64,000 nucleotides of DNA from NCBI RefSeq assembly GCF_009914755.1, contig NC_060943.1. One strand, written 5' to 3'. The stretch is from the human T2T-CHM13v2.0 reference genome, Homo sapiens. The translations under genes and the position numbers were made by a program. Below the pieces are notes generated by a model. It did not search any database. It saw only the letters and a program-made list of their open reading frames with translations, and was not told the origin of the DNA. Below are positions 49,193-63,319 of the stretch, piece by piece (position 1 is the stretch's first letter; each line of letters begins with the position of its first letter).

Positions 49193-50679
49193 GGCTGGAC
49201 ATTACTCTGGACTTCAGGGTGGGAATGTGAGGCCTCCCTGCCTGGGGGTGACTAGGAATGTGGAAGGGTGGGCATGGTTATGCCTGAAGGAAGTAGATGA
49301 GCTTGCCAAGTGCCTCTCTCTTTTTAGTCCTGGGATTCTTAGATAATACTCCTTGACAGACAGTCAGGGTGAGATTTCCTCAGAGTTACTCAGTTCCCCA
49401 TGGAATTTCTTAGCTTTGGGGATGGGGAGACTTGCAAATAAAACCAATTACACCTGAAAACCCCGATATCATCTCCTCTTTGCTTCCCAGGGGCTCTTGG
49501 GGTCTCTGTCACCTTCTAGTTGAAAAGAGCTGAGTCAGAGAGCTTGACAGATGGTGATGAAAATCCAGAAAACTTTCACTTGTCTGGGGAGCAAAGGGAG
49601 CCCACACACCATACTTTTGGCTCCTGCCCCAATGACCCTTCATTCACGTGGCCATCCAGGTACTCTCGCAGCCAGCCAGTCAAGCCCCACCAATTTATCC
49701 ATCTACCACTCACTCACACATCTGTGTACCCAGCCACCCACCCATTTCCATCATCCTTGTCCCACCTTCCCTACCACACACTCACCCACTGCCCCCCAGC
49801 CCATCCTCCCTTCCAACCACCACATCTCTTCCAATCCAACAAAGGAGCAAATGCATACTTACTGAGCAACTGTGACAAGCCAGCACCATTTCAGCAACTG
49901 CGGTGGAGTGGGGAGGGGGGTCAGAGAACATAGCAGGGTATCTGCCCTGGAGACACTAACAACCTAGTAAGAAACAGAAGAACGTCCACCAAGAAACAGA
50001 AGAATGTTCACCAATAACTCCCCCAACCAAAGTGCACAAGTCACTCTGCAGAGTGAGAACACAAATGCTACAAGCCAAGATTATCCGGAGAGGCTCAAGG
50101 AAGAGACTGAACCTAGGCTGGATCTCAGTGAGCAACCAGGCTTCGGATGTGGTGACTGGCAGTCCAGGCAAAGGAGAAGTACTGAGCACCCCAGGAGGCC
50201 AGAAGTTTCGGGGTTTGCTGGGGACAAAAGGCTGTAATTCCCAAGGGAGGCAGGAGAGGGCTTGAGCAGGGGAGTAGCAGACTGAGAGAGTCAGTCAGGT
50301 GAGCCCCTCCTGGCACCTCCCTCTGTCTCCCCCATGCTTAGACCTGGGTTGGAAAAAGCCTCCGTCTTCCCTTCCAGAGTTACAGCAATGACTATAAGGC
50401 CTGCCCTTGCCACTCCTGGGCACCAAACTCTCCCTTCTTTTTGCTCTCCAGCCTCCCTTGCTGCCCACCTCTAGTTCCTACTGAGCCTCTTCCCTCCTGG
50501 ATGGTATAAAACAGTGCCACATGGAGTCTTAGGTAAGACAGAGTCAGGTGATCTGGTTTCTAGTCCTCCTGCACTTGGGTAAGTCATTTCCTTTTCTCTT
50601 TTTCCATTTTCCCTCCTAAAATGAGAAGGTTCAACCACAAGACAGCTCTCATTTTTTTCTAGGTCCAGCATCACATGTA

Positions 50680-51860
50680 TTGAGCCAATATTCACTAAAC
50701 GAATACTTCTGAGCATCTACTATGTGCCAGGCATGCTTCCAGGGACTAAAACCAACAAGATCCTCCCCTTCATGGAGCACAGATCCAGAGTGGAGGAGAG
50801 TCAGACCATGAGTGAGGAAAACAAGCTCATGAACAAAATGAGATAAGTGTCACTGGGACAACAGAACAAAGTAAGCAATGTGGGAGAGGGTGGCTGGGTG
50901 ATGAAACCCTCTGAGAGATCAGGTTCATGAGGAGGAGGCAGAGCTAGATCTGGCAGCCAGAGTCCCAGGAGGAGGGCACAGCGAGTGCAGAGCCTGGATG
51001 TGAGGAGGTAGGTATCTAAGGGAAGAGGGTACGCGTGGGCCAAGGAGTAGCCTTAAGGGAAGTTGGACAAGGTGCCAGGGTTAGAGCATGGGGTCTTGGA
51101 GACCAAGGAAGGAACTTGGGTTTTAATCAAAGTGTGCTGGACAGCCCTGGAGAGTTGTACACAGAGAAGTGACAGGGTGGGATTTCTGTAGTTTAAATCT
51201 CTCTGGCTGATGTGTGGAAAAAGAATGGAAAGGGCAGGGGAAAGGGGAAACAGGAGACCTGTTGGGAGGCACCTGCAATTGCACAGGTAAGAACTATCAT
51301 GACTTGAACTGACAGAGAGATATGGGAAAGGGATGGATTCGGGGCACATTCTGAAGATAGAGCCACCAGGTTTACTACTATATTGGATGTTGGACTGGGG
51401 GGAGGCGCGTGGTTGGTGAGGAAAGAATAATTAAGAACAAGATTTTTGGCCTGAGCTATTCCTGGAGCTACCATGAGCAGGACAGGAAGACCAGGGGAGC
51501 AAGGAGTGTGGGGGATGTTGGGTGGTAGAGGGGAGGGACAGGAGGGAAATGAAGACCTGTGTTTCTGGTAGTGAAAAGCAAAGGAGATCAAGATGCTGCA
51601 GTCAGGAAGCTGGAAAAATACCAAGCCAGGGCGTTGGCATGGGCAAAGGAGCGAGGGCCTCAGTCAAATGCTGCTGTGAGGGAGAATGAGACCAGGTGGA
51701 GTAATGAGTACAGAGGTGCCAGGCTTCCTGGAAGCGGCAGCTTCAGTGATTGTGCCAGAGCCTGACCCAGCTGGTGAGGATGAATGGGAACGAAGAAAGA
51801 AATTAGTGATTAGCAGCACTCTTTTGAGAAATATTACTGAGAAGAAAAGCAAATAGAAGG
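50680..51860 (-). mobile_element. L2 fragment(s)
   Basis: Antisense L2 3' end (TGAGCATCTACTATGTGCCAGGCA) followed by purine-rich L2 body. Confidence 0.65.
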
Positions 51861-53491
51861 GGACAGTAAGTACCCAGAAGAGGATGTGAGGTCACAGGAT
51901 GCTTTTTTTAAGTTGAGGTATAATTTATATAAATGTACAGATCTTAAGTTTTGCTTTTCTTAGAAAAAATGAGCAAATGCAGGAGAGTAGAGAGGGCCTG
52001 AAAAGAAAGGGTGATTAAGTTGTCCTGCAGTGAGGGAAACAACTGCAGGATAGGGCCTCTTTCTTCTCTAGTACCCAGCATGGCACCTGGCACCCAACAA
52101 GTGCAGACCAATGTAGAAGAGCAAGGCAATGTCAATTTCAGGAGTGCAGGGCTCTCCTCCTCCCTAGGAACTATTCAACCTCTGCCTTGATACTGAAGAG
52201 CACAAAGCAGGAGAAAACTCTATGTCTTTCCCAAAGGCAATCTGTCTGTCTCTCTTCCCGGGAAGGTGTGTGCCTGCCAATCACTCTATAGGAAAGGATG
52301 TACCTTTGAAGAGGAACTTTCTGGACCCTCTTAATTCTGCCATCAGTGCAGCTCTTCCAGGTTAGAACCTCAGTCCCTCTGTCAGTCTTACCTCCACTTC
52401 CTCATGCAGAAGGGCCCCAGTCAAATGTTTCTCCCCATGGCCTTCATCATGGAATTTAAGCGAGGTTCCCCTGGGCCTCCACATGACTCCTGTGAGCTCT
52501 GTAGAATGATCATTCATCGTTCATTCACTGCATACCAACTGATGGTCTCTTATGAGGTAGGATTCAACGTCGCACCTCTCCTTGGTTTTCTTGTTCAAAG
52601 TTAGAAATGCCAACTTCTGCTGTCTTTCATCTGATACCACATCTCCAGCCCCCACACCCCTGCTTCTCTGGATGCACCCCTGCCCCTTGCCCATAGTCTA
52701 GGAACAGCTCTTGCCCTCCAAAGCTGAGGGATTCATATACTGGGGAAAGTGACCCACACAGCTCAAAGCACCTCTTCCCTGAGCTGGCTGGGCTGGAGCC
52801 TCCAGGACCCCTGAATCCTGAGCAATCCAGTTTCCACATACTGCCCTCAGCCCTTGGGGAAGTGGTCTATTTGTTTACCCTCCAGTGAAGCCTTTTATGG
52901 TGTCTGATCAGAGCCTGGTCTCCTTGGAATTGACTCATTCCCCAGGCTGGTTCTGGTCCTGAGAGGTCTCCAGGGGGCTGGGCTATAGAAGATGGGGCCC
53001 AGGCATCTTTGAATGTCCCTGAGCTTTACACCAAGAGCCCACAGCTCACTCAAGGTGATGTGGCTACCACTCCTGCTGCTTGGGAATCATGTGGCCACCT
53101 TCAACCCCTGACATTGGCAAAACCTGAGTCCCTTGAGAATCACCATCCAACCCTGGGAAGAAAAGCTATCTCCAATAAGCAAAAGTTATGAGGAAATTGA
53201 TAGAAATGGAAGGCAAAGGTCAGTCCCCAGGAGGGACCACAGCAGGTGCAGGTGTTGAGACCCCTATGAGAATAAATTAATAATTAGGGGCTTAGAACAG
53301 TGCCTGGCATTTGTTGAATGTGGAGAATAATAATCAGTAACTAAAGGAATAAAGGAGGAAGAAAGGACACTCACATGTGTGCTTACTCCAATGAGAGGCA
53401 CTGCTGTAATGTCACTGACATTCCTCTTTACAACAGCCCTGGGAGGTAAGTGTGTGTTATCCCCATTTTGATTATAACTTTCCCAAGATTA

Positions 53492-53851
<360 letters not shown>

Positions 53852-56258
53852 TTAGCATCTCAAGTGCCCATACCCTTAACCACTTTACTACTGCCAGAAA
53901 AGGCTGCTGAGGAAGCCTGGCCCTAAACCAGAGTGAGGTTCCACCTCCTTGGGAGCTCAACAGCTGAGCATTCAGGAGAAGGAACAGAGGGGCCTCTGAG
54001 GTGTGGGCTTTCCCACCCCGGGGCAGGCTGCAGCTCAGGGCACAGCCTGGGAGGGCAGAGTTTTGGGGAAACCCAGTGGCCAGTACAACATTGACCGTCA
54101 AGGCCAGAGCCAGGCCTGGGGTGAAACCTAAAGGCCCCAACAACTGGGGGTCCCAGCCACTCTCCCTAGCTGAGGGCACAGCCCCAGGTGGCTGCCCACC
54201 ACTGCTTCCCTCCGAACAATGCTTTCCCCCTGTGCTGGCCTTCACCAGGGGACACATTTCCCTCCTTATGCCTGCATGTCATACTGCTATCCTCCCTATT
54301 CCAGACTTCACCAACTCCAAAATGGGGCTCCACTTTTTCTCTTAAATATTTCTAAAAGACATCTGCCCCGTTACTCATTGGAGAGCTTGTTTTGACCTCT
54401 CCTTTTGGAATTTTCTTCCTAAAGTTTAACTTCCATCTATTATGTAGCAACTGATAGCAAGGGTTTAAGTGCAGTGGTTAGTAAAGGTCATGTTTACAAG
54501 TAAAACCCATTTTCCCAAACTGAATTATAGGTAGATGCTTCTTATACAACAGATCAAGGCTCGGATGCTCTGGTTAAAGTAGGGAGAGGGTGTGAAGGCT
54601 GCCCCAGAAGCATTTTCTAGAACCCTGGGGCTCAAGGAGCATAATTTGCAATTCTTAGGGGCTAGGATAGAGAAAGGGAGAACAGAGGAGAAAGCTGCAG
54701 TGGGGGCTGGCCATGATCTTGGACCTACCTTCATTCCCTAAGCGGGGTAGGCCTTAGGTTCCCCTTCAACATAAAGGGTCACTGTGGGTGGTCACTGAGG
54801 TCATTTCCAGCCCTGATGGTTTTGGGCAAAGTGTTGGGAGTCCCCAGGGCAGTGCATGGAGGTGGGAAGGCAGCTCAAGCCCCTGGGAAATGATTAACCA
54901 CTGGCTACTCAGTCCCAGGTGCTCTCAGATCCACCTCTCACCTCCTGCAGACAGGCCAGTCCAGGGAGAAAAGATCAAGGCCTCTGACCAGGGCACCCAG
55001 CCAGCCCACTCACCACTGCCCCTATCCCAGGACTGGAACACTCAATTTACTACTTAATGCCAAGAATATGCTGCAGGCTGTCCCTCAGCTGCCCACCAGC
55101 CTCCCCATCTAAGGCCTCCCTGACTAAGGCCATGCTTGTCACACTCTCAGCACATTCCTCCCAACCCTGGCAGGCTCAGTTGACAGTGACCTTCTCTCCT
55201 GCCTCCCCACTGAGGCTTGTTGTTCACTTAGGGAGTGAAGCAGAAGTGCTCCTCTGTTCCAGGTGCCTCATCAGGGTGACTGTTGGCAGCAGCTGCTCCT
55301 GCCCATGGGGCTATATGAGAGCTAAGGCTGGGCAGAGGTGACAGACCAGGGGCCCCTGTGGCTGAATTGGTTTCCCAGGGCTTCCCTGGCACTTACCCTG
55401 GACATCCTGTGGGAACTTGGCCCCACCCATGCACCCACATGAGTCCATGTTCATCAGAGCAATGGACAAGCTAAGGCCAGACTTTGCTCCCATTTCCAGT
55501 GCTAGCTGCCTCCCCACACCACACACCCCTGTACATATGCAGGTGTGCTTACAGACATAAAATGATATATATCCCACCAGACTGTGAACTTCTGAGAAAG
55601 TAGTGTCTGGTTTCCTTCTCACCAGAGACTGTTTCTGAGAAAGAAGGGTCCTTGGCCTACTGCAGGCCCAGAAACCTCCTTCCCACTGGACTGCATGAGG
55701 GCCCATTCTCCATTTCTGATCAAGGGCTTGGATTCTCATGTAGAAGTTTATTATCATTCAAATTCTAATTCTATCTTGCAGATAGAATTAGAAGCCAGGG
55801 GATGACCTTGGAAAATACAGTCTATTTCGTCCAATTGTTCTTGCCTGTCTACTCCATGTAATAATGAAGAATTTGCTCCTTTAGGCTCTAGCGCTGACAA
55901 GGGGCTATTGTCCATGGGAGTGAGATTAGTCTGCTAGAACACAAAAGCCACACACATAAAGGGCTGCTTTCAGCCCCAAGAAGAGGCACCCAGGCCAGTG
56001 CCAAAGCGAGAGAGGGAGGGGCAGGGAGGCTCCTGACCAGATTCTGCTCATGGGGGAATTTTGGCCAGAGCTGAGCAATACATCTCTACCAGGTCACACC
56101 ACAAAACACGGCCTGTGTCAAGACAATACACCTATCTGTGCTTCAGTTTTCTTATATAAAATTGGGTGGTGATGATACCTACTCTTGCTCATCTGGTGGA
56201 ATTATAATCAGTAACAAACAAGTAATATAATGTACGTGAAACCTCATTCATTCATTGA

Positions 56259-56555
56259 TTTCTTTTTTTTTCTTTGAAACATGGTCTTGCTCTGTGGCCC
56301 AGGCTGGAGTTCAGCAGTATGGTCACCACTCACTGCAGCCTCAACTTCCTGAGCTCAATCAATTCTCCCACTTCAGCCTCCCAAGTAGTTGAGACCACAG
56401 GTTAGCCATGCCTGGCTAACTTTTACTTTGTTTTTTTGTAGAGATGGGGTTTTGCCATATTGCCCAGGCTGGTCTCAAACTCCTGGGCTCAAGCAATCTG
56501 CCTGCCCTGGCCTCCCAAATTCTGGGATTACAGGCCTGAGCCATTGCACTTAGCC
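56259..56555 (-). mobile_element. Alu (AluJ-like)
   Basis: Diverged antisense dimer. Confidence 0.9.
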
Positions 56556-57351
56556 TATTCATTGATTTTCTTTTTTAAAATTTTTCATTTGTTTTTATTA
56601 TATTTTACCATTCATTAATTTTTAATAAACATTTACAATATCTGATATTCATAGGCATCAGACATGTGACAAACATCATTCTAGGTGAGGCAGCTGATGT
56701 AATGAACAAGATCCAGTCTGAATGTCCAAGGAACAAAGCAAAATTTGCACTAACCATAAAAAACAGCAATGACGGCGGTGAGGATGGTGGTGGTGATGAT
56801 GGTAATGATAGATGTTCACCCCAGAAGGCTCTGATGCCTGGTGACTGATTTTTGTGTGTGGTGATTGTTCCTCCTCTTGTTCATCTTGGCTATGAACTAA
56901 GAGAGATTAAAATGCTTTTGTACAAAGGAAAAAGTATGCATATTCTATGAAATACATTTCTCTGCCTGTTTAAATGTAGCATTTTCAAGAGAGGCAGGGA
57001 TATTCAGTGTTCACCACTTGGGTGAATGGATGGGTTTTCAGCATCAGGCCTGGGAGGCCCTGACCAGTCATGTCGTTGATCTCAGGCCTGTGGGGGTAAG
57101 TGTGTGCAGGAGGGTTAGGATGTGGCATGTGGCCAGGGAGCTTTCTTTCCTCCCTGGGCCTCAGTGTGTCCACTTGCAAAGTTAAAATGTCTACTTTCCC
57201 ATTGCTTAAGCTTTCTCAAGCTAATTTACCACAAATCAATCTGCTGAGATTCACCAAGATGATAATGGTTTACCAGAGAACAAAGAGAAATGTTATATAT
57301 ATATATCTTAGATATAGATTATATATGTTATATATCTGTACACATACATGG

Positions 57352-57496
57352 TTTTTTTTTTTTTGTATTTTTTTTTTCTGTAGCAGCAGTCTTACTATGC
57401 TGACTGGGCTGGTCTCAAACTTCTGGCCTCAAGCAATCCTCCTTCCCGAGTTCCCCCAAATTCTGGGGTTACATGAATGAGCCACTGTGCCTGGCT
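57352..57496 (-). mobile_element. Alu monomer (FLAM-like)
   Basis: Poly-T followed by GGCTGGTCTCAAACTTCTGGCCTCAAGCAATCC...GAGCCACTGTGCCTGGC. Confidence 0.8.
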
Positions 57497-58091
57497 ACGC
57501 TTCATGCTTTTGAATACTTTTTGATTGAAATAAGACAGAAATACCCATGAGCTAGTATTACACAGCAGGCTTCTAATGGATAAAGACAACAAACACCCCC
57601 TACTACTGAGTGTTCTGCTGTGGCTTTTAATAGTATTTACAGGATAACTAAGTGAAACATGAAGAAAAACAGAAAAAGAAGCGGTGCTTGTATAAAGTTC
57701 TTGTATAGAAAGAGAATAAGGAGAAAAAACTATCAAAAATACGGAATATACAGCAGACCTGTTTTCTGAAGATAGTACCTGTATTTCTATAGTGGTGGGA
57801 GGATGGAGTGCAGAAGAGAGGTGGTAGGAGAATGAGATTTGCTACAGTACACATCCATATTGAGGGTATCATGGCAAGTTCCTGTTCCCTATGCCACAGT
57901 GGTACAGTTGACAAATTCTTCAATAGAATGCACTCTCAAACATCAACTTTATAAATTATCTGAAAATATAAAATTATAAAAGAAAAAAAATCCCAAAGCA
58001 TTTATTTCAAAGACAGGCTAAATAAAATTTGCTAATGACTTACTTCAAATCTTGCATAGCAATGAGTAACTTTCTTTCCTTAGATATTCAT

Positions 58092-58232
58092 CCTCTTTAA
58101 GCTAGGATTTAGATTACCATAACTATATTTTATGATTAACTGAATAGCTTCATTAGCAATTTCTTCATCAGGTAATTTCATGGTTATTTTCCAAATGAAA
58201 TCTATTCCCATCAACTTCAGCTTTTCTACATT
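58092..58232 (-). pseudogene. USP24: Isolated duplicated USP24 exon (symbol is the parent gene)
   Basis: 141 nt encoding NVEKLKLMGIDFIWKITMKLPDEEIANEAIQLIIKYSYGNLNPSLKR, versus recalled USP24 YVEKLELIGMDFIWKIAMESPDEEIANEAIQLIINYSYINLNPRLKK. Polypyrimidine tract and AG acceptor are intact; the donor reads AT. Confidence 0.85.
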
Positions 58233-58655
58233 CTGTTCAAAAGAAAAAAACAAATTATATAGCACACCAGGATCACAAAATTACAGATCATTATTTCCTG
58301 TTACATCTTGAGTCCACAACACTTCAGTTCAACATGAATCAAGGCTTCAGGACCTCAGCTATATGAAAACACTGTCATACTGATATGGAACTTGAAAACA
58401 AAAACCCACCAACCACAGAAGCACCAGCAACCTCTGTGGGAGCTAGAGTAAGTATGGAGAGTTTTCTTCATATGTCCCTAAACCCAAAGCAGACATACAC
58501 ATCGACAGGCTATTGAAGCAGACACACAGGAGGAATAAGCTGGGCCCAATCTTCATAACTTTTCTTCAAATGGAAATGGACTCAGGCTAGAAGTGGCTAC
58601 TAATTCTTGGGGTTCAAGCTAGTTTCTCCAGAGCTCTGTTAGAAATACCAGGATG

Positions 58656-58782
58656 GGCCAGGCGTGTTGGGGCTCATGCCTTTGATCCCAGTACTTTGGG
58701 AGGCTGAGGCTAGGAGTTCAAGACAAGCCTAAGCAACAGAGCGACACCCATCTCTACAAAAATAAATAAATAAAAACAAATA
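58656..58782 (+). mobile_element. Alu monomer (FLAM-like)
   Basis: GGCCAGGCGTG...CCCATCTCTACAAAAATAAATAAATAAAA. Confidence 0.8.
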
Positions 58783-58859
58783 ACAGGATACAGGCTTTAC
58801 AAGAGCTTGTAAAAATTTTTACCACCCAAAGAAGCCAGATACTTAATAAAAGGGACTTG

Positions 58860-61030
58860 AAAGCCAGCTCTCACTTTGGTCCAAGGTGGCCAGAAAATGG
58901 GGGGCCCCCGGGGAAAGGGCCGCAGACACCTGTGGGCCGGCTCCGTGGGTGTCCTTGAACTTGGATGGTGGTCCCGCAGCTCTGGGCGCCACGCAGACTG
59001 CTGTGCCCACTGGGGCTGGGCTCACCAGGAAGTAGGATCAGCAGAAACGCGGGCGCTCACAACTGGTGCCAGGTTCGGTTTCCTTAGGCCTCTACCCGCA
59101 GGGCCCCGTCCCTACCGTGCCTGGTGGGTGCTTCCTCACCTGCTGCTCTCCCCACAACGGGGCTGCTCTTTTGCCCAGGGGCTCTGGGGCGGTCCCGGCC
59201 ACCCAGAGCGCGAGGTCGCAGGTCCCAGTACTCATGCCGGAGGCCCTGACGTGCTGGGGGTGCCCACGCGGGCCTGTGGTCCCCACGCCGGCTTGTGGTC
59301 CCCACGCCTGGCTCGGGCACCTGCAGAGGGAGGGCGCCCTCTTGAGTCGGCGCCCTCTGCCGCGCTGTTGCCGCCCCCGCGGCTGGAGGTCAGCTCCTCT
59401 CCCCGGCCATCTAGGCCTCAGCTCTGCCCTGCCCCCTGGCCGCTCCGCTATCCTACCCCCTGGCCACCACCAGAGGAAGACCCCTTCTTTCCCTAGCTGT
59501 GCCCGCACAGTGAGGCCCTACCCGCGGGCCGCCTCCTCCCGCTGCTGCCCCAGCGCTGTCCTACCCCCGGTCGCGTCGCCGAGGCAGCCGCCACAGGTCG
59601 GTGATACCTTCTGGGCACCGAAGGAGGGAACTCTCCTTTCCCCAGCCATTCCGCCCCACTGTCCTGCCCTACCCAATGGCCGCCTACCTCTGACTGCCCT
59701 ACCCCTGGTCTGCCTGCCTCCACTACCGCCCGCCGGCTGCCTGCTGCCCCAGCCCCCTCCACCGTGGCAGCCGCTGCCACCGCCCAGGTAGTGCAACATC
59801 CCGCAGCGGTCTCCTTAGCGCCCGCAAGTTCCGGCCTCCAAGGAGGACGCTGGCGGGTGGCCTCGGCGCCGGCTTCTCCTCTGGCAGAGCACAAAACAGC
59901 CCTGGGCAAAAACCACAGGCAACTCAAACGCTGGACCAGGCCCTCAGCAGGCTTTTATACCAGCTTTATGCAAATAAAGTCTCCTGGAACACGTGTTCTG
60001 ATTGAATGAGAGCAAGTCTATAGGACAACTCTGATTGGATAATTTAGTCCAATGAGATTAGGTCAAAAGCTTCCTTCTCATCAATCAGAACATGTGTCCT
60101 AGGAGCCTGCACTTGCAGAAGGTGGGTATATAGCTGTTGAGGTGGGTCAGTCTTCTCGTTTGACTCTCTTCTGGTTCTGTGTGCTGTGCTGTCCTGTTCT
60201 GGCAAAAGGAGGACGAGCTGGCCTACCTGCTGGGCGGCTTTATTGGAGACTGGAGTCTGCGGATGGCTGCAGTGAGATGGCAGCCGCTAGGAGGGGGACC
60301 TATGGCAACAGGAGGTTGGTTGGTGGGCGGATGGCACGGGAGGTAGCATCGCTCTGCTGGTGGTGGCCTAGCTTCAGCGTCAGCGGTACCGGTGCGACCA
60401 GGCTACCAGGGGATGAGGGATGTGACTTTGGAGTTGGAGGCTGGGGGGATAGAACACTGCTGGGGAATAAAACACTGCTGGGGGGATACAACACTGCTGG
60501 GGCCGGGGGAGGAGGGTGGCACAGTGTTGCAGCAGGTAGCGGGGCCAGGGAAAATAGGGTTCATATTTCCGGTTGTGACCCAGCCAGGCGTGGGGGACAG
60601 CATGCCCATGCAGATAGCCTGGGAACGTCAGGATTCCTGCCGTGGGTTCCCAGGTTTGCATCCTTGCAGTTTGTGTGGCCAGGACTGCCTAGGAGCCACT
60701 GGGCAGGGAGCAGCCCCATTATGGGAGAGCAGCAGGCAAGGAAGAACCTAGGGGGCACAGGAGGGTTGGGCCCTGTAGGTAGCTGCATCAGGAACCAGGA
60801 ACTCGCACCTGCATGAAAAGGGGCCACCAGGTGTGAATGGCACTGAGGGACTGGTTCCCAGTTTCTGCTGCTCCTAATTCCACCACATCGTAGCTCCAGT
60901 GGTTGTAGTTTGCGTGATGCCCCGAGGCTCAGGACCTCCACCCAAGTGCGGAACCACCGCCGGGAGCCAGGGACTGTGCTGTCCGCAGCCCTCACCCCCG
61001 GGGCCCCAGTTTCTGCAAAGAGAGGCTGCA
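58860..61030. repeat. ~2.2-kb imperfect GC-rich palindrome, REP522-like
   Basis: The arms are reverse complements (e.g. CTTCCTCACCTGCTGCTCTCCCCACAACGGGGCTGCTC near 59131 versus GAGCAGCCCCATTATGGGAGAGCAGCAGGCAAGGAAG near 60708); centre at about 60043. The family name is inferred from the palindromic architecture and was not searched. Confidence 0.75.
59950..60135. promoter_or_regulatory. Divergent core promoter at the palindrome centre
   Basis: Minus arm: TATAAAA (59959-59953) and octamer ATGCAAAT 59968-59975. Central inverted CCAAT pair (ATTGG 60034-60038, CCAAT 60049-60053). Plus arm: TATATA 60127-60132 with a decayed octamer ACTTGCAG 60111-60118. Confidence 0.6.
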
Positions 61031-63319
61031 CTTTGGAGGGTGGGTGGGTGTGAGTCCGTCAGCTGAAACCTGGCCCCTTATCCCAAGTGGCCAGCATAAC
61101 ACGGTGACACAACTTAGTGTCACCACTCTCCTCACCCTACTCTTGAGTCAGATGGTCTGAGGGGCCTGGTGGAGTGTGTTCAACCGCAGGAAGGGGCAGA
61201 TGTGAGATGGTGGTGGGGCAACAGACCCAAGTCGGTAGTCAAGGTCTGGGGGGATGTGGAGGGTCTTCTAGCAGAAGTGGAAGGGCCATGGGGCTATGGG
61301 GTCAGGAGAGGGGTGGGTAAGCCAGGCCCACTCTACACAAGCACCATAGTCCTCCAGCCAAGCTGGCCCCAGCACGCCGGGTGCCATCCTACCCCTATGT
61401 GTGTTGTTAGGCACCAGGCGGCCTGGCACAGAGCAGGAGCCTGCCTCCTGGGGAAATCCAGCTCCCATCCACAGCCTGGCAGCTGCACGCACAGAGGCCA
61501 TTGCCCAGGGAGCAAGTGGGTTTGGGGGAGGGTGGTCGGCCCAGCCAGAAAGAGAAAGAGCTGGGAGTAGAGCCACCTCTGGCTGGGCTTTAAGTTGGGG
61601 TCTTTCCAGACCTCCAGGGCTCCAGGCTGCCAGCTGCCTGCTGAGGTTCTGGGTTTCCTCCTTAGCCTTCAGTTTCCTCACCTGACCAGGGGGACCTATA
61701 TGGCAGTGTTTAGATTATTAGACTTGTTACTTTGGGAAACCCTCAGCCTACTGGCTCTCTAAATTTTTTTTTCCTGACTTTAAGGATCTTTTCAATGGAT
61801 TATCTAGAGATGGGGAGGCAGGAAGGCTGGGATACTTTCTCTTGGCTTAACAGTCCCTTCAGGGCATTCCACTCCTTTTAGGATCTTTTAAAGCACGTGC
61901 CTAGCAACTCATCCTGTACCTGAGAGAGCTGGGAAGAACTTCATGCATGTCCAGAACTAGAATGATGTGTTCCCTGACCCTGGGCCCTCATCTCACCCCA
62001 AAACCTAAATCCCTCGGAGCAACCAGCTTCAGACACAAGTCTGAATTTGTTGCCTGTTGTCTGAGATTGACCCAAGGTCTTCTCCTCATATGAGATGGGG
62101 ATCCCAGGCCCCCTGTATTTAGGATCCAACCACCAGCCACCCTTGTGGGCCCACCTGGGCCTCTTCACTCCACTTGTGTAGGAAAGCCAAATGTCCAGAC
62201 CTGGTGTCCTATTTGTATCTCTCTTTTTCTCAGTGTATGTTTGCTATAATGGCAATGATACAGCATTTCCATATAAGTTTCGGGATATGGAATGTTCCCC
62301 ACCCCAGAAAGTCCCTACGTCAGCAAGCCCTGATTCCACCCCCTTTGGGCTGGCTGTGCATGTGCTCAGCTTGATGAAAACAAAAATGGCCTATGCAGTC
62401 TACACTGCTGAGTGTGATCTGTGGACATAGCTTCCTGATCCTGCATCTCCTTCCCCCTCATTACTGAGGTCTATTCTGTCTCTCACTTTTCACCTGAACT
62501 GCTCCTGAAGCCAAGATGAGGAATGGGGAGGGTCTTCTCCTGGGGTAAATCTTTGCTCTGAAAAGCCTGGGCTTGCCCCACTCTGTTATCCCCTCCTTTG
62601 AGCTCCATTTCTGCCAGAGGTTGGCAAGATGCAGCCTATCCCTGTTTGGTCTTGTGCCTCCTATAAGCCAAGAAATAGCTTTTTATTTTCGAATGGTAGA
62701 ATTCATCAAAAGAATAATAATACTTAAGGACATTTTGAAATTTTCCATGTCCAGAAGAAAACTTTTGTGGAGGTGCAGTCATGCCTGTTCTTTTACAGGG
62801 TGTCTGCAGAAGGCTGCTGTCCTGCTACAGTGGCAGAGTTGAGTCTTTGGGACAGACACCAGTGGGAAAACCTGAAAATACTGACCCAAGGCCCTTTAGG
62901 GACTGTTTTTAGTTCTTGATTTGAGAGTTACATAGTGGGACTGGAGGCTTTGCACCAAAACTTTTATCACTCCCACTGCTGTAGTCTCTGCTGGTGTGTC
63001 TGTAAAGTTAGGGTACCATGGCACCTCCCTTGAGAGTATTGAGCTCCAGTGTGCTAGTTTTGGGGGTGCCTGCTTCATGGTTGCTTATCCCACCTACAGA
63101 GGTCCTGGGCCTAAACCAGGCCAGCAGGATGAGTTGGTCATTGGAGGCTGGAGCCTGCAGGTGGCAGAGGCACTATGGAAGCTGGTGTTGCTGTAGTCTG
63201 TGGCTCTGGGGGTGGTGGCTCCTGCTCCCTGGACACCCAGGATGTATCTTTCTGAATTTGGAAACCTTCCTTAAACTGCCAGCCTCAGGACCCAGCCTGA
63301 TAATCCCCAACAATCACAT

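Noticed and set aside
58876-61031. 200-240 aa ORFs on both strands
   Set aside because: Low-complexity Pro/Gly/Arg frames expected in a GC-rich palindrome; no domain recognised.
62890-63300. Possible decayed exon on the minus strand (EQEPPPPEPQTT...HQQRLQQWE)
   Set aside because: Contains several stops and I cannot assign a parent gene; TBLASTX would be needed.
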